Part shown: positions 13,839-26,229 of the stretch, one piece after another
Layout: the number at the start of each line of letters is the position of its first letter
Numbering within the stretch: position 1 is the stretch's first letter
From: Nitrospirales bacterium
GTDB lineage: Bacteria > Nitrospirota > Nitrospiria > Nitrospirales > UBA8639
Length of the DNA stretch: 64,000 bases
Reading direction: 5' to 3'
Assembly (NCBI GenBank): GCA_965203295.1
Contig: CBDBCZ010000018.1
Coordinates: 2,208,001 to 2,272,000 of the forward strand
Notes under the pieces: generated by a model
Told to the model about the DNA's origin: nothing
What the model saw: only the letters and a program-made list of their open reading frames with translations
The model's database searches: none
Made by a program: the position numbers and the translations under genes

Positions 13839-15171
13839 ATCTTGCAGGACTTCCCTATGAGCCTTGCAAGAATTCACACAAGATTTTAATGCCTACCATC
13901 TTGCAAGATTTTTGTTGCAAGATGAGAAATCTTGCTAGGGTAGAATGCCTACTGTCATAGTTCTCATGCAGCTACAACATATAGCTCACCAGGCCTGGCA
14001 GAATTTTTCCAGCACTGTCTCTGGCATTCGACATAGGCAAAGTATGGGCGCACTCCCACTTTTCAGACATCGCAACTGTGGTTGAAAGGTAGATATAAGC
14101 GCAGTCTGGCGTAGCTAGCTCTTCGCGAGCTCCATGTAGTTCCGAGTTCTCGCAGCAGCGCTCAGCGTTACGCGCCGCGCACGAAGTCACATGTGGCTAA
14201 TCCCAGCTTGTAGTTAATCCCAGCACAGCTACAATAACCAATGGTTATGCATGGTTATTGCATTTATGATCTCAGCCCCGCCCACTAAGCGCATATAGAA
14301 TCTGGCGCCGGTATTTGGGGACCCCCGCGATATGGGGACCCCGTCCCAAAAACGCTAGCGATGTGAGGACCCCCACGGTCCCTATTTCGCTAGCGGTACG
14401 GGGATCCCGTACCGCTATGTATGTACAATTCTCATTCTGTTATCAGCATCTCAGCTAGAGTTGCCAAACTACAGATCACCTGCTAGTAAAGTAATTGCTC
14501 AGGTTCTCTTTTTGGCACTTGGTTGTGAAGTTGTTAAGATTAGCAAAGGCATGTCACTGATACCTGTCTTCCTCATAGTCTCGCGAGCCAGCGAGGGGCT
14601 GGCTCACGAGACTATCTTCCTATAACCAGATTCCTTAACCAGCATTAGATAGCAGTTATTGCCATGTTGATAGAAGGGCTTCCAAAGATCTAGGTTCCAT
14701 GCTCTAAGGGAAAATTATTTACAAGCATAGACAGTAGAGTGCTATAACCCATCATAACCAAGCAGTCTAAACGATAAGCCAGGTAGCATTTATATATTGA
14801 TCGGAGTTCTCTTTCCACCAACCATGAATTTGGCGTCTCAAAACTTTCATTGTCAAAGGAATGCTGACTTTTTAACTGCTGTGCTGCTGTCTTCATCAGG
14901 GCAGACATCAATACAGTAGCTACAGGCCAAACCAAAAGCAAAGAATTCAAAGTCTTCGGGATTAGTCTAGCCTACTCAGCTCCTAGAAGGGAAGCCCTAG
15001 CCTCATACCTAGGCCTTCCCTGCACTCGCGAAAGTGTGGGGAAGGCGTGGGTACAAGGCTAGTTATGCCCAGTATTCTTATTTATTCTCAAATAGATTTG
15101 GTATTCAGAAACAGGAGTACCTTTTCCTTCTCTTCAACTGTGAACTGGATGGTGGGATGTATACCATTGAG

Positions 15172-15269
15172 TAGTCTCGGTACCAGCCCACCTATCAAGT
15201 CGGAGATCGCTTACAGTATCCCGCCACTAAGCGATCTCCGACTTGATAGGTGGGCTGGTACCGAGACTA
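15172..15269. mobile_element. Palindromic MITE, TAGTCTCG..CGAGACTA termini, 9-bp TSD (copy at 27170-27267)
   Basis: Perfect ~42-bp arms; flanked by the direct repeat ACCATTGAG (15163-15171 and 15270-15278). Confidence 0.9.
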
Positions 15270-17034
15270 ACCATTGAGATGGTAGTAAATGTTTTGTAGC
15301 ATTATAGCACACTGAATAATAAAAGTTTTAAAGAAATCATTTAAAAATGAAAGAGCATGTAGGGATGGAATCGCAAAAAAGTAACCAAACAAGGTAGCAA
15401 TGACACAACAGAGCTTGATTCTACACCCCCATCCCTAACCCTGCATGAATACAATTAGTGCCTGGCATGCCCGTATTTCTGAACTCTTGTGTCCAAGTGA
15501 CAGGTAACAACATACATAGAAAGCATTCACATACAGCATTCAACTACAGCAATAAAAGAACATAGGTAAAACAATATCACTTATCAGATGATAAGGGCAC
15601 ATGTATCTGACATGTTCATTTCACTTCCAACCTACACAGAAATAATCAAATGTGTTACTATATATACACAATATGTTATAGCTAAACCATCCCCTAGACA
15701 CTTTTACCAGTAATCAGGAGACTGTTCCAGGTAAACCAGCAATACATGAGACACTTTTAGTAATGGTCCCAAGGCTCATGGCATGAGTTACGAGAATGTT
15801 CTAAGTTACAATGAATGTACATATTGCTACACTAGACGAAGTTAAGTGTTTCAGCAAATTACAAATTCTGTCCATAGTGGCTATCTTGCCATAATACATG
15901 TCTGTACTATTTTCCGACCATAAGCAACACTTAATTCTACTCATGTGACCTTCAACAGATCAGAAGTATCAAAATCGATCACATGAGTGTGCATTAAATT
16001 GCTTAGTTCACACATACGTAGTAGCTAATGTAGTATGGTTTGTACACTCTCCCAGAAGCTTCTGAAATAGTTTTCCACAAAAAAAGAAACAAAATATAGC
16101 TGTCCTGGGCAAAGTCCACGACAACTATAACTTAGTACCAGCTGGGGTGCACTTCATGTTTATCTGGGTGGTAAAAACTACAAATAGTGCTCCCAGAATA
16201 GATCGGTTTAATATTATATACACAAACATAGCACAACCTACCAACTAGCATAAGTCTTTCAGACTCAAGTAGTTCCGGGGAATCTTTCAGCCTGCATGTA
16301 CATGTAGATGAACGGCACTGACTTTATTTTATGCACGTCTAGCATAGCAGTTACGGCTGTGCACGGTTTACACTTACAGTATCGTGCAATCATGGTTTAT
16401 TAGTGGACGTCACATCCGTTACACACGCACAGGCGCACACAGAACCAAATGTAAAGTATAGATGCATACCTCATTCTGGAGCTACTGTGCTACACTGACC
16501 GTATTCTCTGTCGGCATCTATAGTTTGCTTCTTATATGACATAATTTAGACACACTTCCAAGTTAAAATTCCCACTATCAGATTGTGTACATGTTGTCAT
16601 TAAATAAGTTACCTTCGCAGAAGTGAAATGCTGTTTTCATTTACTGCTTCTCCATCAGATAACACAGTTGACTTTTGCGGTGATTGTACTGTCAGAGGCA
16701 GAAGAATGAATGACTGTGCACGACTCCTACAGTGTGAATCAATAGTTGTACACTGCACTACTATGTATTCCAGCAACCCCAGCAAGCTTCCTCTGTAATT
16801 ACTACTACATGGTGATCTTTATCAAGGCAGTTACTACAAAAGCACTATTGTGTATCAACTGCCTGATGTACAGGCACCCCAAAATCAGAGCAACAATCTA
16901 GGATAAAAAGGTGTAATTTCTTACCCTAATATGCAATGTTTGCAGGAAGAACTTAAGACTAGAAAAAACTAAGCACACGATATGTAATTCTAGATAACAT
17001 GCAGATTAAGCTAAAAACATTATATTATACCTAC

Positions 17035-18880
17035 CATATGAGGTGCACTGATAGTTGCATGATAACCTAATGAAAAAAAACATAAGCATTATGAACAAAG
17101 CATTATTGAAGCATCATAGACTATTGTTGTTAACAAGCTGAATATTCTGATCAGGCTCTTCCCCTGTTACATGAAGGCTGGCCAGTAACAAACTGCACAG
17201 TTGCCAGGCAGTTAAGGTACCAAGAACACTCAACTCTGCAACACCGTGGTGAAATACTACCCTTTCACTTGGCAACTCTACATTCCTGTGAACTCATTAA
17301 TTCAGCGCTGTTTCATCGTTACAGTGCACCCGAGGCTACAGGAAAGCACCTGCACCTAGCTGTTACAATGTATTCATTTATATACACAGGTGCTTTCACC
17401 AATATTTTTCATAGGCTCCTGCTTCAAATGGGAGAATCAAAGTCGTAACTCTATCTACTGAGTTAGAGATACAATTATTTCGCTGGTATCTAGTCTTGTT
17501 GCCATGCAGTCACCATTGTGTAGCTTTTAATACATGCATGTGTAGTGTACTTTCATCTGTTCATGCAACAAGATACATGTAGATATCTGCAGTCACATTT
17601 TATGTTAAACATCCAAGGCTTTGTTTAGCAACCGGTCACTTAATACATCTGTAGAACACATCAGCGTTGCAAGACTGTTTCATCCTATATACCGTATAGC
17701 CGGAAAATTTGGTGAGGACTTTAATTTGGCGGTTTGGCGAATCGTAAAAAATCACTAAATTAAATTCTTGCCAAATTAAATTCTAACGCATTATGTAATA
17801 CATAACACCCACGCGCGCATGCAGCTACAAGAAAGAAGGTTCCCACTCCACGTACGTGTTTCCCCTCGTCCGGGAAGGATATCAAACTCGCTAACAAAGC
17901 TGTAAAGCGCTCTCTATCTGGAAACTCGAAGCATGTCACAGTCATCTCGAGGCAAGTATAACACTAGTCTTACATGCCAGAAGGGCACAAATTGGAAAGT
18001 ATGCCGCTGACAACAGAGCGACAAAGGCCGCTACACTCTTTTCGAAGCTTTTGGATAGTAAGATCAGTGAGCCCAATGCCTCCATTCTCGATTTCAGTGA
18101 CAAAAACTTTACATTTTCAGCAGCGTTGCCAAATTTTCCGGCTATAAGGTAAGTAACTAAAACATATGACTGCACAAACTCACAGCGGATTTCTAGCAAA
18201 ACCTAATTACCAGAACTGCTACATACATTGTACCTATCATTCTCTTTGAGTCTACACAACACAAATTTAAGCATGCAAACCTCCGGTAGCTTTTGTTGGG
18301 CTACATGCAGGATATACACACAAACTGCAAAGCAACAGACTACATTTGCATAGTTATAGTCACTTGAAAGGCATCACCACAGTGTACAAACCCCATGTAC
18401 TTGGGCTGGTGCCTTTCAAGCCAGGGTCCATATATACACTACCCTAGGGTGCATGAGGGTTGCTGGGCAATTGTGATCTCAAAACTGTGAAACAATTAGC
18501 AGGTACTATAAAAGCTACTATGGCACAAAGTCATCTCTACCTTGGGTCTCTAAGGTGTATAGGATTTGTACCCTCATGCAGTTGTGAGTCTTCTCTGGGC
18601 CTTCCCCCTAAAAAGACACAACTGCCCTTGGGTACAAATCCCCTACACCTAGAAACCCAAATGCAAAACTGCAGACATACAGATAGGCACAGAGACCACC
18701 TGGCAGATCATCTATTCCCAGTCTGTAGTTTGGAAAAACCTTTCATATTACGGAACTGTAATGGTGAGAACTAACCTATTGATTGAGGAGAATCGTAGTA
18801 TGGACTATGGGGACAGTAGTTCTTGCGATCTACAGCCTTCATACTTGCTTCTACTCTGGGACTTTGAATGATGTGTTGTT
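17035..18880 (-). pseudogene. PCMT1: Protein-L-isoaspartate O-methyltransferase gene fragment (two internal exons)
   Basis: Exon 18880-18776 (105 bp, AG/GT) reads QHIIQSPRVEASMKAVDRKNYCPHSPYYDSPQSI; exon 17066-17035 (32 bp) reads GYHATISAPHM, the PIMT signature. Phases join correctly. First exon and SAM-binding (DVGSGSG) exons not found in the window. Confidence 0.85.
17692..18149 (+). mobile_element. Internally deleted Tc1/mariner-pogo-type DNA transposon in the PCMT1 intron
   Basis: TA-flanked TIRs CCGTATAGCCGGAAAATTTGG / CCAAATTTTCCGGCTATAAGG; internal remnant RAQIGKYAADNRATKAATLFSK resembles a transposase N-terminal HTH. Related decayed copy ~30998-31460. Confidence 0.8.
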
Positions 18881-20457
18881 CTAGCCGGTACAGAAAAACA
18901 TGTTCGAATGTAATATACATGTTCTGAAAGTATTGCTTACACATGTTAATTAGCTTTATACACAATGGGCCACTTTTGAAGTCATATATTGGCGGCTCAT
19001 GAACCATTTTCACCCCATCAGAATCCTCTTAGCACAGAATCCTTGGGCACTAGCTGCCTTTGCACATAGAGTACAACGCATGTACATGTATACCCACCAC
19101 TTGTAATGCATACGAACATTTCTCAATTCTTAAAGAAAACTGTTATAAAATAATCATACAACAACACATTTTTAAGTGAATCCTATAGAGTGCTACTACT
19201 GTATCTATGAGAATGTATGTGGACTCCAAAGTTGGGTTCTCCACAGGAAGCTGATGACTGAGCAAAAGTTACCTCAGGATATACTGATCCAGAACTGATT
19301 CTACTGTAGTGCTAGTCTCATTCCCAGGCCTCCACACAGCTTTTGTCGCTTGCAGTAACGAGGCTACTGCAGTGCAACTAATACTAATGTGCCTATTACA
19401 TGTACATATTGATAACCAACTGCTACACAAGCTTTGGTCCCCCATCCCGGACCAAATCTATCAGGAGCAGTATAAAACAAATCGGTACCGCCAAAAAAGA
19501 AATAGTCCCTCTTGATTAGCATTAGGGAGCCATTCCTTTCAGCTGTGTGTACAAGAAATGGTGCCAAATGTATCACTGCAATCACCTCTATCCACAAGCA
19601 GGAAGTCCTTGAAATTAGGATAACATACCTTTCTGTTTTTCTCAACTTTGTATGTAGTGCAGCTCTAGCTATCTTTTAGAACTTTTTGGACAATGCGCTG
19701 CAGCCCTCTTGATAGAAATTTGTAAACTACATATACCTGCCCTACCAGCTCACATTCATTTGTTGCTGTCTTTCCCATTCCATTTCAGCAAATTTCACTC
19801 GTAGCGTGGCTTGGTTGCATAGTGCCATTGGCTTATAAGGGAAATCATGACAGGAACAGAGTGATCATCCTACTAGGAAGGGGGACCGAATTACGCATTT
19901 CTAGACCACTACCTCAAAGCCTCATCTACTGTCTCAGTAATCTTCAGTACCTCTACACAGTTTCACTTCCCACTCAGTGCCTAGTAGTAATCTAGGATAC
20001 ACTTCTCATCCTCTTGACTCTATATACACAACAACCGCTTAAGTTTGCACCTATTCCTCCTGCCTTTCAAAAATTCTACCCCTATAACTTCCTTTATTGT
20101 TTCATTGTATATTTAATTTAATTTTTAGAAGACCAGCCAAGTATCTTTTAGCTGCTCCTACGTAGCTGAATAGATTCTAAAGAAGCTGCCTCCATATTAC
20201 AAGCTCACACTTCACTACCATCCTCTAAAGTGGGGCCAAGTACCAAAATTAACACTCCAACTGTATTGATATTTCTAAGTTTTTTCTTTCCACTTTAATT
20301 ACCCTCTGTACATGATTGTATCATGACCAATTCAATGCCCAAGTAACAGTAAATTGCAACCCTTTTACATATAAGAAATCCCGAAAAATCGGGACCCAGC
20401 TGGGGATTGAACCTGAACAGTTAACCTATTTAGAAAATATCATAACAGCACTCTTTG

Positions 20458-21448
20458 TATAGCTTAGAGCACGGGCAGCTATGTTCTAACTAGGCCGAGG
20501 CGAAGCCGAGGTCTAGTTAGAACACAGAGCTGCCCATGCTCTGAGCCATTTAGTATATGCACATCTTCAGCTTCTTATGCTCTATGGGATTCTTACTATC
20601 TATTATTACGCCTGGTTGTGTCCGTGTGTTCGTTCGTCCGTTCGTTCGTTCGTCCATCCATGCGTACGTGTGAAAAACGGAAACGGAAGCCGCATGCGTG
20701 CGCTCCCGGATGAACTTTCACCTGTGACCAGAGAAGTTCACGGTCACAGGTCAAAGTACCACGTGTCTGTATTTAAGTGCGAGATGATGCTAGCTCTTTC
20801 CAGCGACTACAAGCCGTTGTTTCACGATGTCAGGCACTTTTTCACAAAGAATAGTGGCGGTATAGTGAAAGCCAAGCAGAGATAGCTATAACTGCTGTGC
20901 TAGGCTAACCACATCGATGTGCATTAAATGGAGTCGGTGCCGTTCGCCTGAGCTGCATGTAGCCTGTGGTATAGCTAGGCTACAGTGCTAGCTTACCTTT
21001 GAGGTCTAGCAGCTGTTTGTAGTCTCTCCTCTGAGTCACTGCCTCCGGTAGAATGTGGTGTGCACATTTACTGACATTGAACTTTTCTTATTATGTATGA
21101 ACATGCAAGTAGTCATGCTGAGAATAGAATCTGCCATTCACTTACACGATACACTAGGCCATGGCTGTGAAGAGCGAGGCTATAGTCCTATACTGATTAC
21201 AGTTTATTGTAATCTTCTCTGTAACACTGTCTCCACGTTTCAGTCTGCCAGCAACACTACTAGCTAAATGTACCCTACAAACCAACAAATCACATGCAGA
21301 TTACATGTTTAATCTGCATCTGTACAGAGCGAGTGCAGCGAGCGAGTTCAACACACACAAGTAGTTGTGCAAGCGAAGCAAGCACAACTACTTGTATTCT
21401 ATGAAAATTATTCCATGCACTTGTTACAATAGTAACATAATATACTAA
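20458..21448. mobile_element. ~1-kb composite insertion absent from copy 1, with terminal hairpins
   Basis: Copy 1 reads GCACTCTTT|TTTAATGTT. Insert has a foldback at 20462-20546, (TTCG/TCCG)n at ~20620-20660 and a perfect 14-bp-stem hairpin at 21357-21395. Confidence 0.7.
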
Positions 21449-23518
21449 TTTAATGTTGGACTTCAACCTCGGTTTATTACAAAATTCTTATACTATGTTT
21501 GTAAGTCCTCAGCAGTAGTAGTTACATTAGACCCCCACTCTTATTAACATCATTCTTAATAGTTATTCCAATCCCAGCTTTATCTAATTGATAGATAAAT
21601 ACAAGTCTATCCATACAGTTCGATATAAACACGTGTTTAGAACCCACATACATGCCAGCCCTCGGTGGCAATGGAGTGTTTGACTCTATTAAAAATGGTG
21701 GGCCTTACCCTGTTAAATAAGAAAGGGTGGAGAGTAGAAACCACTTTTGGTATAACTATCAGGTACCCAAATTTAGAGTCGGATTTAGCAATTGTTAAGC
21801 CCTGTAAATCACTAGATTGCAATTTTTTCATTGTACAGACAGACGACAGACAGACAGACAGAACCAATTGCTTAACCTTGCCGCATATGCATGGGGTAAA
21901 AATGGAAAATAGAATAGGTGACATACTACGTACAACCCTGTTCCACCCCTGGCCTATATCTGATTTTTCTCCATCCAAGGCCAGAAATGTGGCTTATGGC
22001 TTATGTTATGGTTAGGAGTAGGTGGGCCTTACCCTGAGCATGCAAACTTAAGGTTCTGTGATGTGCCAGTGAATATGTATTGTCATAGGAGGGCATCTAC
22101 ATAATTACAAAGAGAAACTGAGCTAAACAAGTCAGCTGCCACGTGAATACAGCTACATGCTAAGAGCAGAACAAACAAGAGCATATACATACAAAGAAAG
22201 TGACCAGGGTACAGTGAAATGTCCAGTTCGCAGTTTTTGAATCAAACAGACGACTGGTCAAACGTACACTTTAATAACTTCCACACTATAGATCTATGTG
22301 TGCATTTTAATAGATCAATAATTATATCATGCCAAGTTCATGGAAACTGGAGGGGCATCTTAACCCTGAATTAATTGAAACAGTAGCTATACAATCATGC
22401 CACTCACATGCAAGTTTGATGTAGCTTCCTGACTGCAACAGATTGCATTTATGTCAGTACAGAAATTTGAAATAGCACTGACCTGCGTGGTAGAGGTTTG
22501 CAAAGCTGAAAACTTTATTGTGTAACAGATTGTAATGGGCAAAGGAGTGTTTCTTATATGAAAGGCCTTGCAATTGAAAACATACAACTGTAGAATATTC
22601 ATAGCGTCTGGTTCACTAAAGTAGTTTCAAAAGCCAGCCCACTTACATTCTACAGCATCCATCACTTACAGTATTGGCATGTGGAAGAGACATGTGCTGA
22701 TAGCCTGATGCTGACACTCTTCCACATGCCATGCTGATACTGAAAGTAATCCGTTTGATTCTGTGACTACCACTGAAGTTACCACGTGCCCTTAACAGAG
22801 ACAAGAAAAGTACAAGTGTAGGCCAGTGCAAGTTGCCACCCCACCCATGCCCCACAGCCCATGCACAGGTGACACTCAATCTACTTCCACAACAAATGTA
22901 CACTTGTTTACACAACTGTGTGAACAAACAAATATAACTAGGAGGTAAGATGCAAAAAGCCTTGTGTCAAAGTACCATTGGGTAAGTGTTCTACAAATAC
23001 CTGTCCAATCTTACTAATGCATTGCTTCTGATTTGAAAGTATGTCCACGTATGTAATAGGGCCAATGCTCTGTAAGTATACAAACATACTATCATAAGTA
23101 AAGTACAAAGAACTGAAACAATGACAGCTATTTGGGCTTTGTCAGTGCAGTGATGGTGTGTGTAGCACCTAGAGCTGACCAGCAGCTACATACAGCTCTT
23201 AATTTGACTCACACCAGGAAAGCCTCCATGAATTAAAAGTGAACAAAGGTTTTACTGTAGTTTAGCTTTTCTCTGGTCTCCTAATCCTCCAATTACAATA
23301 GAAAAACTACTGATAAACATGATTTGCTAAATCAACCCAAAAAGTTAGCAACACCCAACAGCCAGACACTGAAGCCAGACACACTAATTTTTTCCAGCCC
23401 AGTTGCTAGGGTAGGCTAAGGTACCCCAGTGGTTATTGATAATGACAAGATCATCATTGCAAGACATGTCCAACTACCTCTGTGATTGCACAGCAACATG
23501 ACTGTTTTCCAAGAGCGC

Positions 23519-23550
<32 letters not shown>

Positions 23551-25884
23551 ATATGCACTCATGCTTTTGACAGATATTGGTATTGTCATTACCACGGATC
23601 AGCAGCTGTTTGATAGAGATTCCTTAAGACCCAGTTACTCACTTATTGGTTCAATAAAGTGACACCTGTTAATTCCAAGTTTCAGCTAACTGTGAGACAT
23701 GATCCAGCATTGTTCTCAGCTGCTGGTCGACACTAGCTACCAGGAATCCAATACCTGATTCTGTGAAAGTGTTTAGCCAACTACGTACATTGTCTACTAT
23801 TGCCCCTACGAACAAACTGGTGTGCTTTATTTTAACATTTCTAATTACCTACATAGACAGTTATGTGTATCTCTTATAGCTTCGAATCAAGGCTACGTAT
23901 ATCTCTTACCTGTGCTCTCCCAGTTCCTTTACTTCATGTGCTTGATTCATTCTTCCCAGCTCCCTGGGATATTGGGGGTATCATCAAATGTGCTGGGAAG
24001 GAGTCAATAGTTCCACCTGTACAATGTGAAGACACAGCTACTGTACACACTGCCTAGTTCAAGAAAGTGCTGCAGTAACAATAGATCAATTAGCGATAAA
24101 CATTTGTGACTTTCCTGATAAGGAATATAAACGGAGCTGATCTGCTTGGCTGAGTCAGCCATCTCCTATGCTTATGCATTACATGCATAACTTGTCCTAA
24201 TATCGCTAGGGTCAAAATAGCTTTCCGACCACATTCAATAGTGTAATGCCTCTAATTACCTGGGTCCTCACATCACCTTTCTATAAAAGCTAATAATCAA
24301 CCCTTGTCTCTGATGTTTGAAAATACTCTCCCTTATCCAAACTACCTCATACAAGACTATCAACAGATTAGCCATTCTTTTTCCCCATACTTAAAAAACT
24401 CCCCAACTAGTCCATCATTACCTCCCGTTTTATTACTTTTAAGAACACTTTTTGAGCATTCAAACTTAAGGTTCTGTGATGTGCTAGTGAATATGTCATA
24501 AGAGGGTATGTACATACATTTACAAAGAGAAACTGAGCTAAACAAGTCAGTTGCCACATGATTACAGTTACGTACATGCTAAGAGCTGGACAAACAAGAG
24601 CATATATGTACGAAGAAAGTGACAAGGGTATAGTGAAATGTCAAGTTCGCAGTTTTTGAATCAAACAGACGACTGGTCAAACGTACAATTTAATAACTTC
24701 CACACAATGTATGTGTGCATTTTAATACATGAGTATGTTGTTTAGTAATTATAAACCAACAAGTCACCCATAGAGGTGGTCTTTCAAGAGTTCCAGTGTT
24801 ACTCTAAGCTTTTGTTGGGCTACATTGGGATACACACAAGCTGCAAAGCAACAGACCTACATTTGCATAGTTCTAGTCACTTGGAAGGCACCACCACAGT
24901 GTACAAACTCCATCTACTTTGGCAGTGCCTTTCAAGCCAGGGTATACACATCCATATACCCTAGGGTACATGAGGGTTGCTGGGCAACTGTGATAGTCTG
25001 TTCTACAAACTGTGAAACAATTAGCTGGCAAACCAGTTCATATGGGAAAATTAAGCTGTAGACTACTTCTTATTACATTCAGTAGAGTTATTCTAAGGTA
25101 GCTGACTCATAGTACTACACATGTTTCCATAGTAAGCACCAAACTAGAGCAAGCATATAATGCAATCTCTGGTTTTGGTAGTTACATGCACTTGCTAGTT
25201 AATAGAAATATTATATATTATATCTATTGTTATTCGGAACAACTGGAATCAAGATAGCCAGGATCATAAGGCAACGTTACATGTATTTTATTACGATGTA
25301 TATTCTGACTTGTATTACTATAATTACACGCATTCCTGCAATTTTTCTTTACGATTAATTACTAAACTTATGTAAGACAATTGTGAGGAATCTGACAAAC
25401 GTTTTGCAAGGTTCTTACACCAGATCTTGCAGTAGTCTCGATACGCGAGGCTAATCTTGCAGGACTTCCCTATGAGCCTAGCAAGAATTCACACAAGATT
25501 TTAATGCCTACCATCTTGCAAGATTTTTGTTGCAAGATGAGAAATCTTGCTAGGGCAGAATGCCTACTGTCATCTTAGTTCTCATGCAGCTACAACATAT
25601 AGCTCACCAGGCCTGGCAGAATTTTTCCAGCACTGTCTCTGGCATTCGACATAGGCAAATTATGGGCGCACTCCCACTTTTCAGACATCGCAGCTGTGGT
25701 TGAAAGGTAGATATAAGCGCAGTCTGGCGTAGCTAGCTCTTCGCGAGCTCCATGTAGTTCCGAGTTCTCGCAGCAGCGCTCAGCGTTACGCGCCGCGCAC
25801 GAAGTCACATGTGGCGCATATGCGCTTGTAGTTAATCCCAGCATAGCTACAATAACCAATGGTTATGCATGGTTATTGCATTTA

Positions 25885-26229
25885 CTAGTGATACACAATG
25901 TGCAGGGATGTCCTCGCTTCGCGAGAATTGCTGGGTGTGGCACATATATTGTGGCACGCCTACGAAAAAGGTCAAACGTAACAGGGCACGCCTACAACCC
26001 CAAATAAAAAATGGCTACGTACAATAATGCGCCTGGAAGACCACAGGCTGAAGCAGGTCCGCTGTTATAGTGAGCGCTTCCAAGTTTCTCGTGCAGAGTT
26101 CTGTAACGAAGGTAAGTGTTTTCTGCGAGTTTGATAGGCTATATATCTGGAGAAGTGGCTGGGAGGGACGTGGACCATGACGACGAAAAAGGTCAATGGA
26201 ACCGGAGTATAGCCTCGCTTCGCTCGGAA
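25885..26229 (-). mobile_element. Non-autonomous Helitron-like element, 345 bp
   Basis: Empty site in copy 1 (CATTTA|TGATCTC, ~14266); insertion between A and T with no TSD; minus strand begins TTCCGAGCGAAGCGAGG and ends CTAG. Confidence 0.7.

Larger units (their letters stand above)
8992..17095 (+). repeat. Segmental duplication, copy 1 (direct repeat of 19910-29096)
   Basis: Shared start TACCTCAAAGCCTCATCTACT and shared end AAAAAAACAT(A/G)AGCATTATG; colinear throughout except for several indels. Confidence 0.95.

Noticed and set aside
19364..19645. 93-aa minus-strand ORF as PCMT1 exon 1 or a new gene
   Set aside because: No PIMT N-terminal similarity; contains GGTCC/GGGGACC motifs like the local transposon ends.
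21637..22015. 113-aa and 116-aa overlapping ORFs
   Set aside because: Chance fusion of a LINE RT remnant and a Helentron-like insert.
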